Source of the DNA: Pelomyxa schiedti
Lineage: Eukaryota > Protista > Evosea
NCBI GenBank assembly: GCA_020536535.1
Contig: JAHLWZ010000810.1
Span: forward strand, 1 to 64,000
DNA: 64,000 nucleotides
Reading direction: 5' to 3'
The notes below the pieces were generated by a model. That model did not search any database. It saw nothing but the letters and a program-made list of their open reading frames with translations, and was not told the origin of the DNA. Position numbers and translations under genes: made by a program. This document shows, in pieces, positions 12,819 through 24,430 of the stretch (position 1 is the first letter of the stretch; each line of letters starts with the position of its first letter).

Positions 12819-15800
12819 ATGAACCTTCATTCGTCTGTGAACACACCCGCGCCGTTGACTTCGACACCGCCCATACATTCGTCGCATGTGGTGCCCGCAA
12901 TGTCACCGCTTGTTTCTCTTCGAAATGCTGCAAGCAGAACAGAAAGAGAAAGGTACCAGCCACGGCACCGAGGTACCATGACATCAATCATTTTTCTCCC
13001 AACGTCACAGGTTGATGAGCGACATGAAAACCACTGATTTGGTTGCGGTTGTCAGTGGCCTCACTGAGATTTTGGGGAGCACACAGCCCAAGGAAGAAGG
13101 TGACCGTGAAAAAGCCAGGTTGGTGGTTGATCTTTGGCCTTCCCGTTTGCATTTAATCTCGTCCATTAGTGAAATTTTGGGTGAGATTGGAGCCTTGGAC
13201 CCAAGGCACTTTCCAATAAGGACTAAATTGCCGGAGCCAAAGCTGGATCAGTATGAAGTTGGGTTCACCGTTCTATATCTGCTTGTTCAGATTCCGTCGA
13301 GAAGAGAGCCGGTAAGGTCGTTCTGGATCTGCTGTTCCTAATGAATGGCAGGCAGTCTGCGGTGCTGGGAAGCACATTCTGCACAGTCTAGGAATATACG
13401 CAGTTCCTGTGGTAAAACTGGAGCCTTGGAGTTTTTTCCCTCACTGTGAATTCCAGGTAGAAGGCAAGGGAACAGAGTTCTGGAGGAGATTTCATCGTAC
13501 AGAACAAGAAGTCCTTCTGTTTTACCTGAGCTTCAACCCTCCAGAAACCCCCATATGCATGGCTACCAACGTAATGTAGACATATCTCTCTTCTCTCTAA
13601 CACTTGTTTGACTGGCCACCAGTGACTTCATGGTGAAGGTAGCTCGAGTGCTTCTGAATCTTCTGGGAATTCAATTGGCTGGGGAGTCCTCCCCACCCAA
13701 GTTAGTTCTACCAACTACTTCTCCCAATAACACACTTGTAGTTCGAGTTCTAGGACTTTCCCCAGTTGTCATGTTTATTATCTCCACTTACTCGTATTCA
13801 TTTCACCTAAATTGTAGGACGAAGAGGAAAAGCTTTGCGTTCGGGTCTTCGAACTTCTGGACTTGATTGAAATGTACCAGGAAAGCAACCAACACAAAGA
13901 CTTCATTAGCCAGCTTCCTTATTATGAACTACATTTGAAGGCAATGCGATTCGGGGAGTGTGTACCCCCAAAAGAAGTCATTCATATTGATCACAATTCA
14001 CAGCAATGCTCGAGCGTACATGTATCTAGAGAAGCATCTCAGAAAGGAGAATAGTTTAGAAAAACAATGTGAAACCTTTTTCCGTGCACTTAGGTTTAAT
14101 TTTGACTACGTTGACTTTGCATATGGTACTGTAACTCTTCCCTCTTGAGCTTGTCTGGAACCCACTATGATACTAGAATTGCAGGAGAAACCTGAACGAA
14201 TCATCGAACAGTCGCTTCAATTAGAACCCTCTGATCCAAGGCTCTGGGTAAACTTGAGCACTCTCACTGAAATAGATACTGGGATAGAAGATACTATCAG
14301 GGCAACAGTCAATCTGAAGCTAAAGGAACCGCCAGTGATTCCCCCATCTCCCGCCCTAGTGTCAGTGCTTTCCAAATTGGGTGAGTGGGACAAGCTAGAC
14401 GAATTATTGAAAAGAAGCCCTGAGACCAACGACAAGTGGGAAGTTTCCTTGGGGAGGTATATTGTGGGTTTACGAGTTTATCTTTTGTCTCATTCCCAAA
14501 GGTGTTTGTTCTTCCTAAACGCAGGGAAAAGAGACGCCTTTCAAACCCAGTTTGACGCAACAAAGGCAGCGGTTACTTCGTCAATCATCAGCACAAAGTA
14601 AGTCACACTAAAGCAGCACATTGATTAAACTCTTTTTGAAAGCTACCATCAAGTCTACCAGTATGTTCTTCATCTACACATGCTGCAGGACTTGCAAGAT
14701 TATTCAGAGCATGTCTGGAAAAAATCAAGTCTTTTCGAGTTGCCATCACGTCCCTTGACGCTTCTACAGGCAAAGAACTGTTGGATGCATGGAATAAACG
14801 CCTTAAAAGGGCCAGGGATAACTTCACGACTAAGGTGGTACTTAGTGTCTCTCTACACATGTGATTATATTAATATTTCTTTCTAAAAAACACATTCAGA
14901 AGTCCATTGTTGAATTGCATCGAATTCTACTTCACATGAAATATACTGCTTCCCACTCAGAGGCAGAGCCTAACTACACCTTACCCAGCATGTGCGTCTA
15001 GTGTGTGTCCTTTTGTTCTTACGCGCCTGTAGGTTATCATTGGAATACTCAATACTCAAACTCAACTGTACAGTACACCCCAAATTTGCGGCAACTCAAG
15101 CAGGGATAATAACCAGTGCTATGAGCGCGAAGATGGGTGGAATAATTAGTGCTCTCAGTGTCAGGGAGGACGTCATGTCTAGGGGCATTCTGGCCAGACT
15201 TGATATTCAGCAGGCCAAGGGGGCTTTAGCACATATGGAACCGATAGACGTCGCTGAGAAACCTTTTACTGCTGCAATTATTAAAGCCCGTGCTGGGTTG
15301 ACATTTTCCCTTCCTATATCATTTATAACTCACTTTCTACCCCAGGCAGAAGGTACGGCTCGCATATGCCGTTCTACTTGACTCATTCCACGCCGACGCA
15401 CTCGAAACACTTGAATCCACTGTTTCCCCATCAGCCACTTCGAAAAGAAATACTGACAACTATGCTTGCAAGGCAATACATCAGTACCGGTACACACTCG
15501 AGTGTGGAAAGAAGCATTCAGTTTACTGTATGAGGTTTGGGGAAGGGACAACAATTTATTTTATGTAATCTCCCCATTAGCAGAATACTGGATCTTTGGC
15601 TCAATAGTGGTGGTAAAGGAGACACTGATAAAACGCAAGTTGCTCCCAATCACTTTTTTCTTGCACTAAAAAGAAAACAGATTCGATCTGCTGTCCAGAT
15701 TGCATTAAAACGGATCTCTGGGGATGTGTGGGTCCCTGCCCTACCATTACTGGTGTGGCATTTCTCCAAGTTTGGGAACTATGATAACTCAGAAGCAGTC

Positions 15801-17647
15801 AAGTCATTGATAGAAAAGGTACTATTGAAAATGTCATCCCACACTGCACGCACCCGCGCAACTTACACTCTCCCTCTGTGGCCCATATCCAGGCTCTAGA
15901 GGCATGTCCTCAATCAGTGTGGTATCTGATGGAGACACGTGGCACTGCAAACGACCCCAAAAGGTACTGCCTTTTATCTTCACTCAATCTTAAAAGCACA
16001 AGGCTTTCATGGACTGGCATATTGAATTCACACAAACAGCTCAAAGAACTTTTTGATGCGGTATGCAGTTTTTATATCTCACAATTGCCTAAAAAAAAAA
16101 ACAGACCCGCCAACTTTTTGTAATTCTCAATGATATTAGCCGTCTCGGAGAAGCTGATAATAATGAGTAGGCCTCGTTTTTCCCTCTTGTTCCCTAATAA
16201 ATCTTATGGCAGATCACGGATAATGCCAAGAGTTGAAAGCTGGGTGACTTCCCAGAAATCAGGTCCGATTGTCATGTGCCCAACGAAGTCTGCGTTCACA
16301 AGTCCCTTCAATGAAGTACGTGTCTCTTACTCTCACTCTTCTCCTGGGTCTTTTCTTTCTTTTTGAACTGGTGTGTATCAATGTTGTCTTCTTCAGGAAG
16401 CACATCGAATCATCTGCCTGAAATACCAGAAATTACCTGAAATCTATCCAAACCCTGTTGTGACTTTCACGAGGAGCGATGGGTTTCAGAGCAGGTTCAT
16501 TTGCGCTCCAGAAGGGGAAATGCAGAAAGTTAGTGCTCTAAATTTATCCTTTTTTTTTGCTAAATCACCAGCAGGATGCAGGGGTTTTGCAGTTTATTGG
16601 GTTGGTAAATATGTCACTTGCCCAAAATCCTGAGGCCAGGCAGCGGAGACTTGGTCTGGCTTTTCATTCCTTCCGCAACACAATCATTTATTTTACATGC
16701 AGCCGTTCCTTCCTATACTTGCATTCCTTTTGGGGAGAATAGGGGTGGTATTGTGGAAAGGCTGCCTGCTGACCGGTTGTTATATGTGTGGGAGACACTG
16801 TGGGCCCAGGAACCATCTATGTGCTCAGATATTACAACAACGCTAAAACGACGGATTACGGAACCCCTGCTCTACAAATGGTTCTACCAACAATTCCCTG
16901 ATGTTGGAGCATGGTTTGAGGTTTGTAACAAAGCATGCCCCAATAATATCTACCCCCAAATAAGGCAAGGGTGAGGTTTATTCGTTCTGTTGCAGTAATG
17001 TCGATGGTTGGATATGTGATTGGGTAAGGCAGACCCATACATCATATAATTCAAACATCACACAATAATCGTGCAGACTGGGGAATCGGCACCCATCAAA
17101 CCTTCTGCTTTCACAAAATGGAGAAGTTATCCATATGGATTTCAACAGAATATTTTGGCAACCATCTGAGAGGGTAAGCTCTTTTAGCCACAAAACAGTC
17201 TGACTTGGTGTCAGGTACCATATCGATTAACGCACAACTTACAGCACGCTATGGGGATTCGAGGGTTAAATGCATTTAGCAGAATAAGTGAGATAACACT
17301 ATCTACTTTGCGTACTACAAGAAACAGGTTCAACCGCACCACACCAGACACCATTGGGGTTTCCCTTTAACTGAGGTGGTATTGTTAGGTATGCCCTAGT
17401 GAATATGCTCCAATGCACACAGCAACCCAAGAATAACGAGGACATTAACAAGCGAGACAAGGTTCTCCACCTCCTGCAGGTTCTAGCTCCTTCCTTGTTC
17501 TGAAATTTGTTAATTTGGTGTTTTTTTTAGGGTCGAGTGAGTGAAGGGAAGCTCGATGTTGTTGCACAGGTTCGCCGCACCATCGAAAAAGCCACTGACC
17601 AGAATAGACTGAAGGAAATGTATGCAGAGTGGGCACCTTGGGTGTAG
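12819..17647 (+). CDS. ATR/Mec1-like PIKK (FAT + kinase-like + FATC), probable pseudokinase; 5' end uncertain (ATG candidates 12495 or 12819)
   Basis: RSDGFQSRFICAPEGEMQK|DAGVLQFIGLVN..EARQRRL; CIPFGENRGGIVERL; PLLYKWFYQQFPDVGAWF; AVMSMVGYVIG|LGNRHPSNLLL..GEVIHMDFN; ER|VPYRLTHNL; FATC VRRTIEKATDQNRLKEMYAEWAPWV* (stop 17645-17647). The DFN, MSMVGY and RLTHN motifs are ATR-type. Confidence 0.85.
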
Positions 17648-17733
17648 AATAGGTTTTGGCCACAATGAACTCCAATTTCTAGAATAAAAAGCCAAAAAGT
17701 TCTTCTTGGAATTCAACAAAGGGATTATTTATG

Positions 17734-19221
17734 CTATACGTAGAGCATGGGGAAGATGGAGCGCGGGTAGTAGGGGGAGGGGCAATGGATGGTAAACAAG
17801 ACGGTGCCAGTGGCAGCATCAATGAAGGCATGTCTGGTGCCGAACCTTGGTGGAACTGTGAGCACTCGGCACGTCAATGCCGCAAGGGGGATGCCGGCAG
17901 TCTTCTTGAGGTCTGCTGCGTCACATTCCAAGGTTGTGACAACAATGATCCCGCACCCAGCAGACACCATTGGCGGCCCGTGGTAGCAGTACACTGCGGT
18001 TGGTGAGGGTGACTTTGTTGGGGATGGCAGAGGTGTCAACAGAGTGGGAAGTGAGTAGACGAGGCAGTGGAGCCAATCGTGGTTCCTATTTGTGAGGAGT
18101 AATTGGGTTTCATCCAGCCTGGCAAGAACCAATTCCGGCCTATTCCTCATCCACTTTGAAATTGTGCCGGCACTCAAATCCAGCAGTGTCTGATTTCCGG
18201 CCTCATCAGCAATTGGGAAAAAGTAACTGAACGTGCCCATTTGTCGTTGCACAAGAGGTTCCCACAGAGTTTGTACATCAACCCCGAGGCTTGAAAGATT
18301 GCACTCCTTGGTGTAGACGGCAGATGGAGTCTCGGCAGCGCCACTGATGAGGTAATGCTCAACGTGCAGGATCTTATCGCCGGTAGTAGTCGTGTAAGTC
18401 AGCTCCACCAAGTCTGAGAGGCAACTGTACGGCCAAAGCTGCCACAACCACTTTAGAGACAAGATTTTGATTGGATCCTTGAACAAAGGGTGATTTCCCG
18501 GGGGCATCTGCACTTGACCATTGAGAACCTTCCACACCACCAGTGATGTACCACCTGATTCGCTTTGAACGGCGATGACAATCCACTTGCTGTTAGAGCA
18601 GACAGCAGGCCTTTCTTTGGAATCGATAGATATGACTGTTTGGGCAAATGTGTCTGATTGCTTTTCAACACGCCACCGATCGAATTGATGGGTATAGAAC
18701 TTGTGGGCGTGCTTCTCTATCACACACCTTAGGTCCTTCTTTGCGCCAATTTGCCCAACAAGGTTGCGTGGGACTTGCACAGCACTAAACGGTCCTTTGA
18801 GGAGCCCAAGAGTTTGCGATATGACAAACGTGACATGGTCGTGCACTAGCAGCTCCACCCCGTAATATTGGCACAGCTCACCACGGAAAAACCCCCCCAC
18901 AGAGCTGTCAAATGTGCTGCTTCCGAACTTCCACTTGGCGAACGGCACCGTCACATCCCTGTCAGGATCCATCACCCACCTTCTCCCAATCATTTCCACT
19001 AGAGAAGCAGGCAATGCCGCGATTCCGCAGCGTCGGGGGCCTTGCGACGCCGCCTGCTGTTTCTTGCGTCGTGCGGGGGGCGGAGCGGGTACGTCGTGGG
19101 CGAGCCGCGCCGACGCGAGAGCGACGTACTGCTCGGCAGCGAAAAGGGGTCTACTGCCGGTATTGCACTCAATGGCGAATTCGAAAGGAATGGCGTTGCT
19201 GCGTTTTTTGTTTCCTTTCAT
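17734..19221 (-). CDS. Intronless ~495-aa hypothetical protein (N-terminal helix AALPASLVEMIGRRW, beta-rich remainder)
   Basis: Uninterrupted 505-codon ORF with first ATG at 19221. No recognised domain. Confidence 0.7.
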   Translation of the reverse strand: MKGNKKRSNAIPFEFAIECNTGSRPLFAAEQYVALASARLAHDVPAPPPARRKKQQAASQGPRRCGIAALPASLVEMIGRRWVMDPDRDVTVPFAKWKFGSSTFDSSVGGFFRGELCQYYGVELLVHDHVTFVISQTLGLLKGPFSAVQVPRNLVGQIGAKKDLRCVIEKHAHKFYTHQFDRWRVEKQSDTFAQTVISIDSKERPAVCSNSKWIVIAVQSESGGTSLVVWKVLNGQVQMPPGNHPLFKDPIKILSLKWLWQLWPYSCLSDLVELTYTTTTGDKILHVEHYLISGAAETPSAVYTKECNLSSLGVDVQTLWEPLVQRQMGTFSYFFPIADEAGNQTLLDLSAGTISKWMRNRPELVLARLDETQLLLTNRNHDWLHCLVYSLPTLLTPLPSPTKSPSPTAVYCYHGPPMVSAGCGIIVVTTLECDAADLKKTAGIPLAALTCRVLTVPPRFGTRHAFIDAATGTVLFTIHCPSPYYPRSIFPMLYV

Positions 19222-19476
19222 TGTCGTGCGGGCGTACCGCGCACCACCCACAGCTGTCTTTGACTTTAAGATCTCAGGGCTAGAAATCTGACGCTCAAGT
19301 GTGCATAAGGAACAAGTGGGCCGAGCCGGACAGCGGGCGCTGCTGCACTCCGCAATCCTCTGGAGCGCGCGCCAGGTTCAGGGAGTGCCCCTGGGACGAC
19401 GAGGTAGAGAAGAGGAGCAGTAAGGAGGAGAGGGGGAGGCAGCCAACGAGGCGGAGGCGGCCGAGGACGACGGGAG

Positions 19477-20930
19477 ATGACGCAGGAGGAGCTGGCGGCG
19501 CTGGAGGCCCAGCTGCACCTCGGAGTCGAGGAAATGGAGGACCTGGCCGGGGACGCCGAGAAGGCCGAGAAGCTGCTGTCCGCGTATGGGTCTGCAAGAA
19601 GAGCACGGCGAGAGCGAAGCGCCAGGAGCTAGATTCTTCCGGAATGGAGAAATCTGTGTGTCCCTGTTCATAGGAATTTTTATTTGCTCTTCAGTTTCAT
19701 TCTAATTCTTTCAGTGAATTGTTGTTGTGGATGGATGCCATGGACTGAACTTATAGTACTTGGTACTAATTCCTCATTTTTTCCAATTGTTTTACTGTGC
19801 ATGTAGTATTCTAAATACCTGCATGAAATGGTCCTGCCTATCCTTGTTGGCAGATTTTTTGCTTCACCTTCCCTCTGAGTATGAAGATTGGGGAGAATGC
19901 ATGAAGTGCAATCTTAAAATGGAACAGTTTCGTCACTTGGTGGGCAACTACCTTCTATCTCACCTACTCCAACAACATCTCGCAGAGCACAAAAGTTCTC
20001 TGCAACCAGCCAAGTTCAACGATTTAGCCTTCCCCTCACTTTTAGGCAGGTCTGTAAATGCCTTTACAGGTCTAAACCACTGCACCCTCCATGCATAAAT
20101 GGAAACCCTTGCTGGTTCAAGTGGCAATAAAGAAACTCATTGAACCACGATGTTATGAATGGAACTTGCACACTTCTGGAAATGATAACCAAGTGGTATG
20201 TCGAAAGGACTAAATACCTTCCCTGTTCCCTGGTATTATCCGTCGTGGATGTTCTAACAGATTAGATAGCAATGGAAGCTCAACAGCCGGCAATGGAAAA
20301 TTTTGCCATCAATTCCATGCATGTACACATCCCTTTATTCTATTGCACACTGTCTAAATCTACCCAGGTTGCTGAACTTACAACCTCTCTTACTCTCTTC
20401 TAAAGAAGTGCTGGTATATCATAAAGGAAATAGAATTTCTTGACTTGGACCCCGTTCTCACAGCTTTACACTTATCACTTCATCCTTGTATAATTCCATT
20501 GCGTTATACGACTGGTTTAAGCAGGTATTTATTTCTGAAAAAACCAAAATTATTCAAACAAAACAAGGCCGGAGTGATGCACTGCTCATCAAGCATGGTA
20601 ATCTATGAAAGTGTGTGTGTGTTATTCCACACCCATAGCAAATCTCAACTGTGGTTTTGCACCCAGGTGTCCATATGGGTTGTCATTGAAATTCTCAACT
20701 ACGCACACACTGCCAAGACTTTAGTCATTTTGCAGGTATTGATTGTGATACTGCTTCTTTGCTTGTCAAAAGTTAGAATGGACAAGAGGAGGCAATGTCA
20801 ACCTCAAATAAACGAAATCACAGTTGATCAATTCCATCAAATAACGGCTTTTTTTTCTGACTTTCCCAAACACCCGGGCAATTTGATGTTGACTTTGCGT
20901 TTTTTTTATGGGTGCCACAAGCATTAGTCA
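19477..20930 (+). pseudogene. Copy A of a locally triplicated unknown gene; probably decayed
   Basis: GC-rich start MTQEELAALEAQLHLGVEEMEDLAGDAEKAEKLL, then plus-strand splice signals. 20345-20715 is homologous to 23273-23769 and 28285-28569 but has internal deletions. I could not build an intact CDS. Confidence 0.3.
20390..20715 (+). repeat. ~325-bp direct repeat, partner 23444-23769
   Basis: Near-identical sequence ttactctcttctaaagaagtgctgg...gaaattctcaactacgc, with only a handful of substitutions. Confidence 0.95.
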
Positions 20931-20986
20931 TTAAGCGCGTGGTTCTCGGCTCACTTTTTGGTTGAAGCATTACAAAACAAGTGACC

Positions 20987-22868
20987 ATGCATTCACGTTC
21001 TTTTTTCACGCCGCCCACCCCAACTCCCGCGTCTCCCTCCCAGACCCCGCCGTTGCCGCAGCCCTCAGGGGCCCCGCTGCCATCACCTGGCCCAGCGCCC
21101 CCGATCTTTCCCCTCCCGTCCCCCCCGCAGCCCCCGCCGTCTGCGCCCCTGCAGCGGCGCCGAGGCGTAGCCCACAGTATTCTGCACGTGATGTCTCGGT
21201 TGATTCCGTTTCGCGTACTTGTCGAATACGCGGCCGCCAACCAGCCCGGCCTCGCCGATCCCTTGTTGGAAGACCTCGCTGCCATTTTGTGTGAAATGCG
21301 GAGCTCCCGTGCTGTTTCTTATGATTCTATTCCATCAACTCTGTTCGGCATCTCTGATGACGCAGCGGCCATTATCCTTGATATTACCACGCAAATTGAC
21401 AGAAGTATGATTAACTCCGGCTTCGAGAAGGCCATCAGTATGCTTTTGGACACTGTAAAGAAGGTTCCAACAGGGTTCCAAAATGTCTCTCGTGGTTTGT
21501 TAGCACCTACTACTTAATGCCCAATCTTACTCCATCCATGTAGTCCTCACTCTCACAGTGGGGAGCCAGGACTCCTTGCTAGTATCACTCAATGAGTACT
21601 TTTCACTGTATATAGCGCCTCCTGTGATCTTCATTCACATGAAAGGACACATACCTGGGAGCTTTTCATACCCTACTGACTTCTCCATACAGTCTATGAA
21701 CTACAAATTGTTTGCGTATGTCTATTTAGATCCCTATTCTGTGGTTACTCACTACCTGTAGTGTTCTCGTCCATTCGGTACAAATTCCTCCTGATGGACA
21801 GTATTTTGTGTTCCTAAGGAAAACCCTGATCCACTGGTTTTTATTTCGTTTCACGTCACGTTGCTTTTTGACCTCTCTTTTTTTTCCCCCTCAGGATTAA
21901 ACTTTCTGACGGTCAATTCAGTGAGGAAACGGAACATACAGTTCTTTCTGCAGGCTCCACTGTCTGTATGTATCATGACGACTTACCATCTTTTCTCCTC
22001 ACGTCTCACAGACATGCTTGTATATGTAAGGACGGGCGATTTAGAGGCTATAACGGGGATTTCATCTCTTTTGGAAATGCCCGCCACCAGTGAAATGCAC
22101 ACATTGCAAGTAATCGCTGTGGATGCCCCTGTTATTGTTACTGTGAGCAATTACCCTTATTTCCCTTATTTCCCACCAAAAACAGGGCCTGTATGAAATT
22201 ACTATGCCAACAAGGGCAACAGTTGTTACGCTAATAAGCAATGTCCTGCGCCTTCGCAATATTACTTCTGAACCTTCTCACTATGCTATTTTCAAGCAGA
22301 AAGACTGCCGCCTTGTTCAAGTGGTATGTCTACCTTGCCATCTCTCCCACTGGGAACTAACCTTCGCTCTCTTTCCAAAGTATGAACCGTCTTTCCCCAT
22401 TGCGCCACTGGAAGACAAGAAGGCCTTTTATCGTGTTGAAGAGTGTAGCCAAGGAAGGAGACTTGTGACCTTTGTACACGTTCTCGAAACCGAAAGTGGT
22501 TCCCACTGGAGTACGCCTCAGTTCTTGGGCCTGCCCTTCTCATTGGTTTTGCAGGTAAAAAAAGCAAAGTTATCCCACATTGCTACCAAGCCTCTAATTT
22601 TTTTTAGGGGTATATAAATCTGAAGGAACTCAGAGAGCACATAGCCAGAAAAATGGACCTAGATATTCACATTATAGAAAAATGGAGAGTTGTTAGAGTT
22701 GAGGAGGATATGCTGGGTGAAGAATACACAAGGGGTTTGTACTTTTACATATCATTCACCCAACAAACAATTTATGTAGCAGGGGAAATCCCTGAGGGGG
22801 ACGAGATTGCACTTTTGCACCCGTTGGATGATTCTTTCTTCCTCAGGACAACAGCTCTCATCGATTAG
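20987..22868 (+). CDS. USP7/UBP15-like protein with degenerate catalytic domain and C-terminal UBL-type region (pseudo-deubiquitinase)
   Basis: RGVAHSILHVMSRLIPFRVLV vs USP7 [30 protein letters not shown] vs LPPVLHLQL; YKLFA|VLVHSVQIPPDGQYFVFL vs [29 protein letters not shown] vs AYMLVYIR; FLGLPFSL vs FGIPFLL; EIALLHPL...TTALID* vs LGLDHF...KAIKIHN. Confidence 0.7.
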
Positions 22869-23272
22869 AACACCTCACTCACTGCTCCTGAGCCGCAAAG
22901 ACTATGGAATAACTTACTGCAACTAATAGAGTGTTGAACGTTCAGGGTTTTTCTTAGAAAACCTCGGGGTTGTTTGTTTAGCTAAACAAGTTCAAACCAG
23001 GCACACTCTTTTCATCAGTACCGCAGGGTTTTTTTCCCTGCAAAGAATCAAACATGGCGTGAAGTGGTGGTGCGATCTCTCGGGTCAGTAGAACGAGTTC
23101 GTGTGGGCGATCTAGCTGTAACGTTGCCTCTCGTCGCGACTTGGCCGCTTCGGAATTTAGTGGCTGATCTTACGAGACATATTCTGGTCATGACCTGGTG
23201 CTAAAAAAACAGACCAGGCGGCGATGTAAAATTCAGTTCCATGCCATGTTCGTCCTTTTCTTCTTCTTCCTT

Positions 23273-24430
23273 GCACGCTGTCTAAATTTACCCAGGTTGT
23301 TGAACTATGACTGTTACTGACACTCACTTATTTAGTTACTTTTTTGCGGGCTTTCAAACAAGGTTTGTTTTTTGTGCTTTTTCATTTCCTATGCTTGCCG
23401 CTTTTCCAAGCCATACACGACCAAAAAAACAGCACAGCTTGATTTACTCTCTTCTAAAGAAGTGCTGGTGTATCATAAAGGAAATAGAATTTCTTGACTT
23501 GGACCCCGTTCTCACAGCTTTACACTTATCGCTTCATCCTTGTATAATTCCATTGCGTTATACGACTGGTTTAAGCAGGTATTTATTTCTGAAAAAACCA
23601 AAATTATTCAAACAAAACAAGGCCGGAGTGATGCACTGCTCATCAAGCATGGTAATCTATGAAAGTGTGTGTGTGTTATTCCACACCCATAGCAAATCTC
23701 AACTGTGGTTTTGCACCCAGGTATCCAAACGGGTTGTCATTGAAATTCTCAACTACGCCCACACCGCCAGGAGGGCCTCAGTCCTTACCCACTTTATTCA
23801 TATTGCAGGTACTTCATATTTCTTTGGTTTCAAGCTGACGTTATCCCTTTTGAACACAAAGCGTGCTGCAAAGCCTGGGATAATTATGTGATTTGTTACT
23901 GTATCATCAGTGCACTTAATACAAACTCCCACTGCCAACATGACAGGCTGTGGGAGGTTGTTCCCTTTTTCCAAAACTTTCCAAAAAAAAAACCTCTGAT
24001 TTGTGCCTGCTCTAGGGCCTTTCGCACCACTATGCCGAAACTTCCAAAGGCCCTGTATCCTTCATAGACCCTTTCCACTACTTTGAGGAAGTGACTCCCA
24101 TATTTGAGGAGATGAACGTAATGCCGCCTAACAAGCCCTTGACTGTGCCAACTAACATCCCCCAGCCATGTGGTCAAGTCAGATAGCACAGGCTGAAGAG
24201 ATTCCACTTTTTATCGAAGATGACAATCACAACAAAACTGATAGAATAAACTTTGTAAGTTGACCTCAATTGCCAAAGTTCTGCAGCGAATCATATCCCT
24301 TCAGACACATCAGTACTTGTTCAAACAGGTGCCGAAAATATACTCCTATCTCAACACACTCTTTTCGCAAATGTGGCGGCCAGGGTAACTTTCAGTGTTA
24401 AAACTAACTGTGTCAAAGGTGCACCCTACG
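23273..24430 (+). pseudogene. Copy B of the triplicated unknown gene
   Basis: Plus-strand introns with ctaac branch sites (e.g. ...aactaacatcccccag; gtaagt...tgcag at 24255-24286) flank exons MWSSQIAQAEEIPLFIEDD and RIISLQTHQYLFKQVPKIYSYLNTLFSQMWRP. Frames do not join cleanly. Confidence 0.3.
23444..23769 (+). repeat. ~325-bp direct repeat, partner 20390-20715
   Basis: Direct sequence comparison. Confidence 0.95.
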
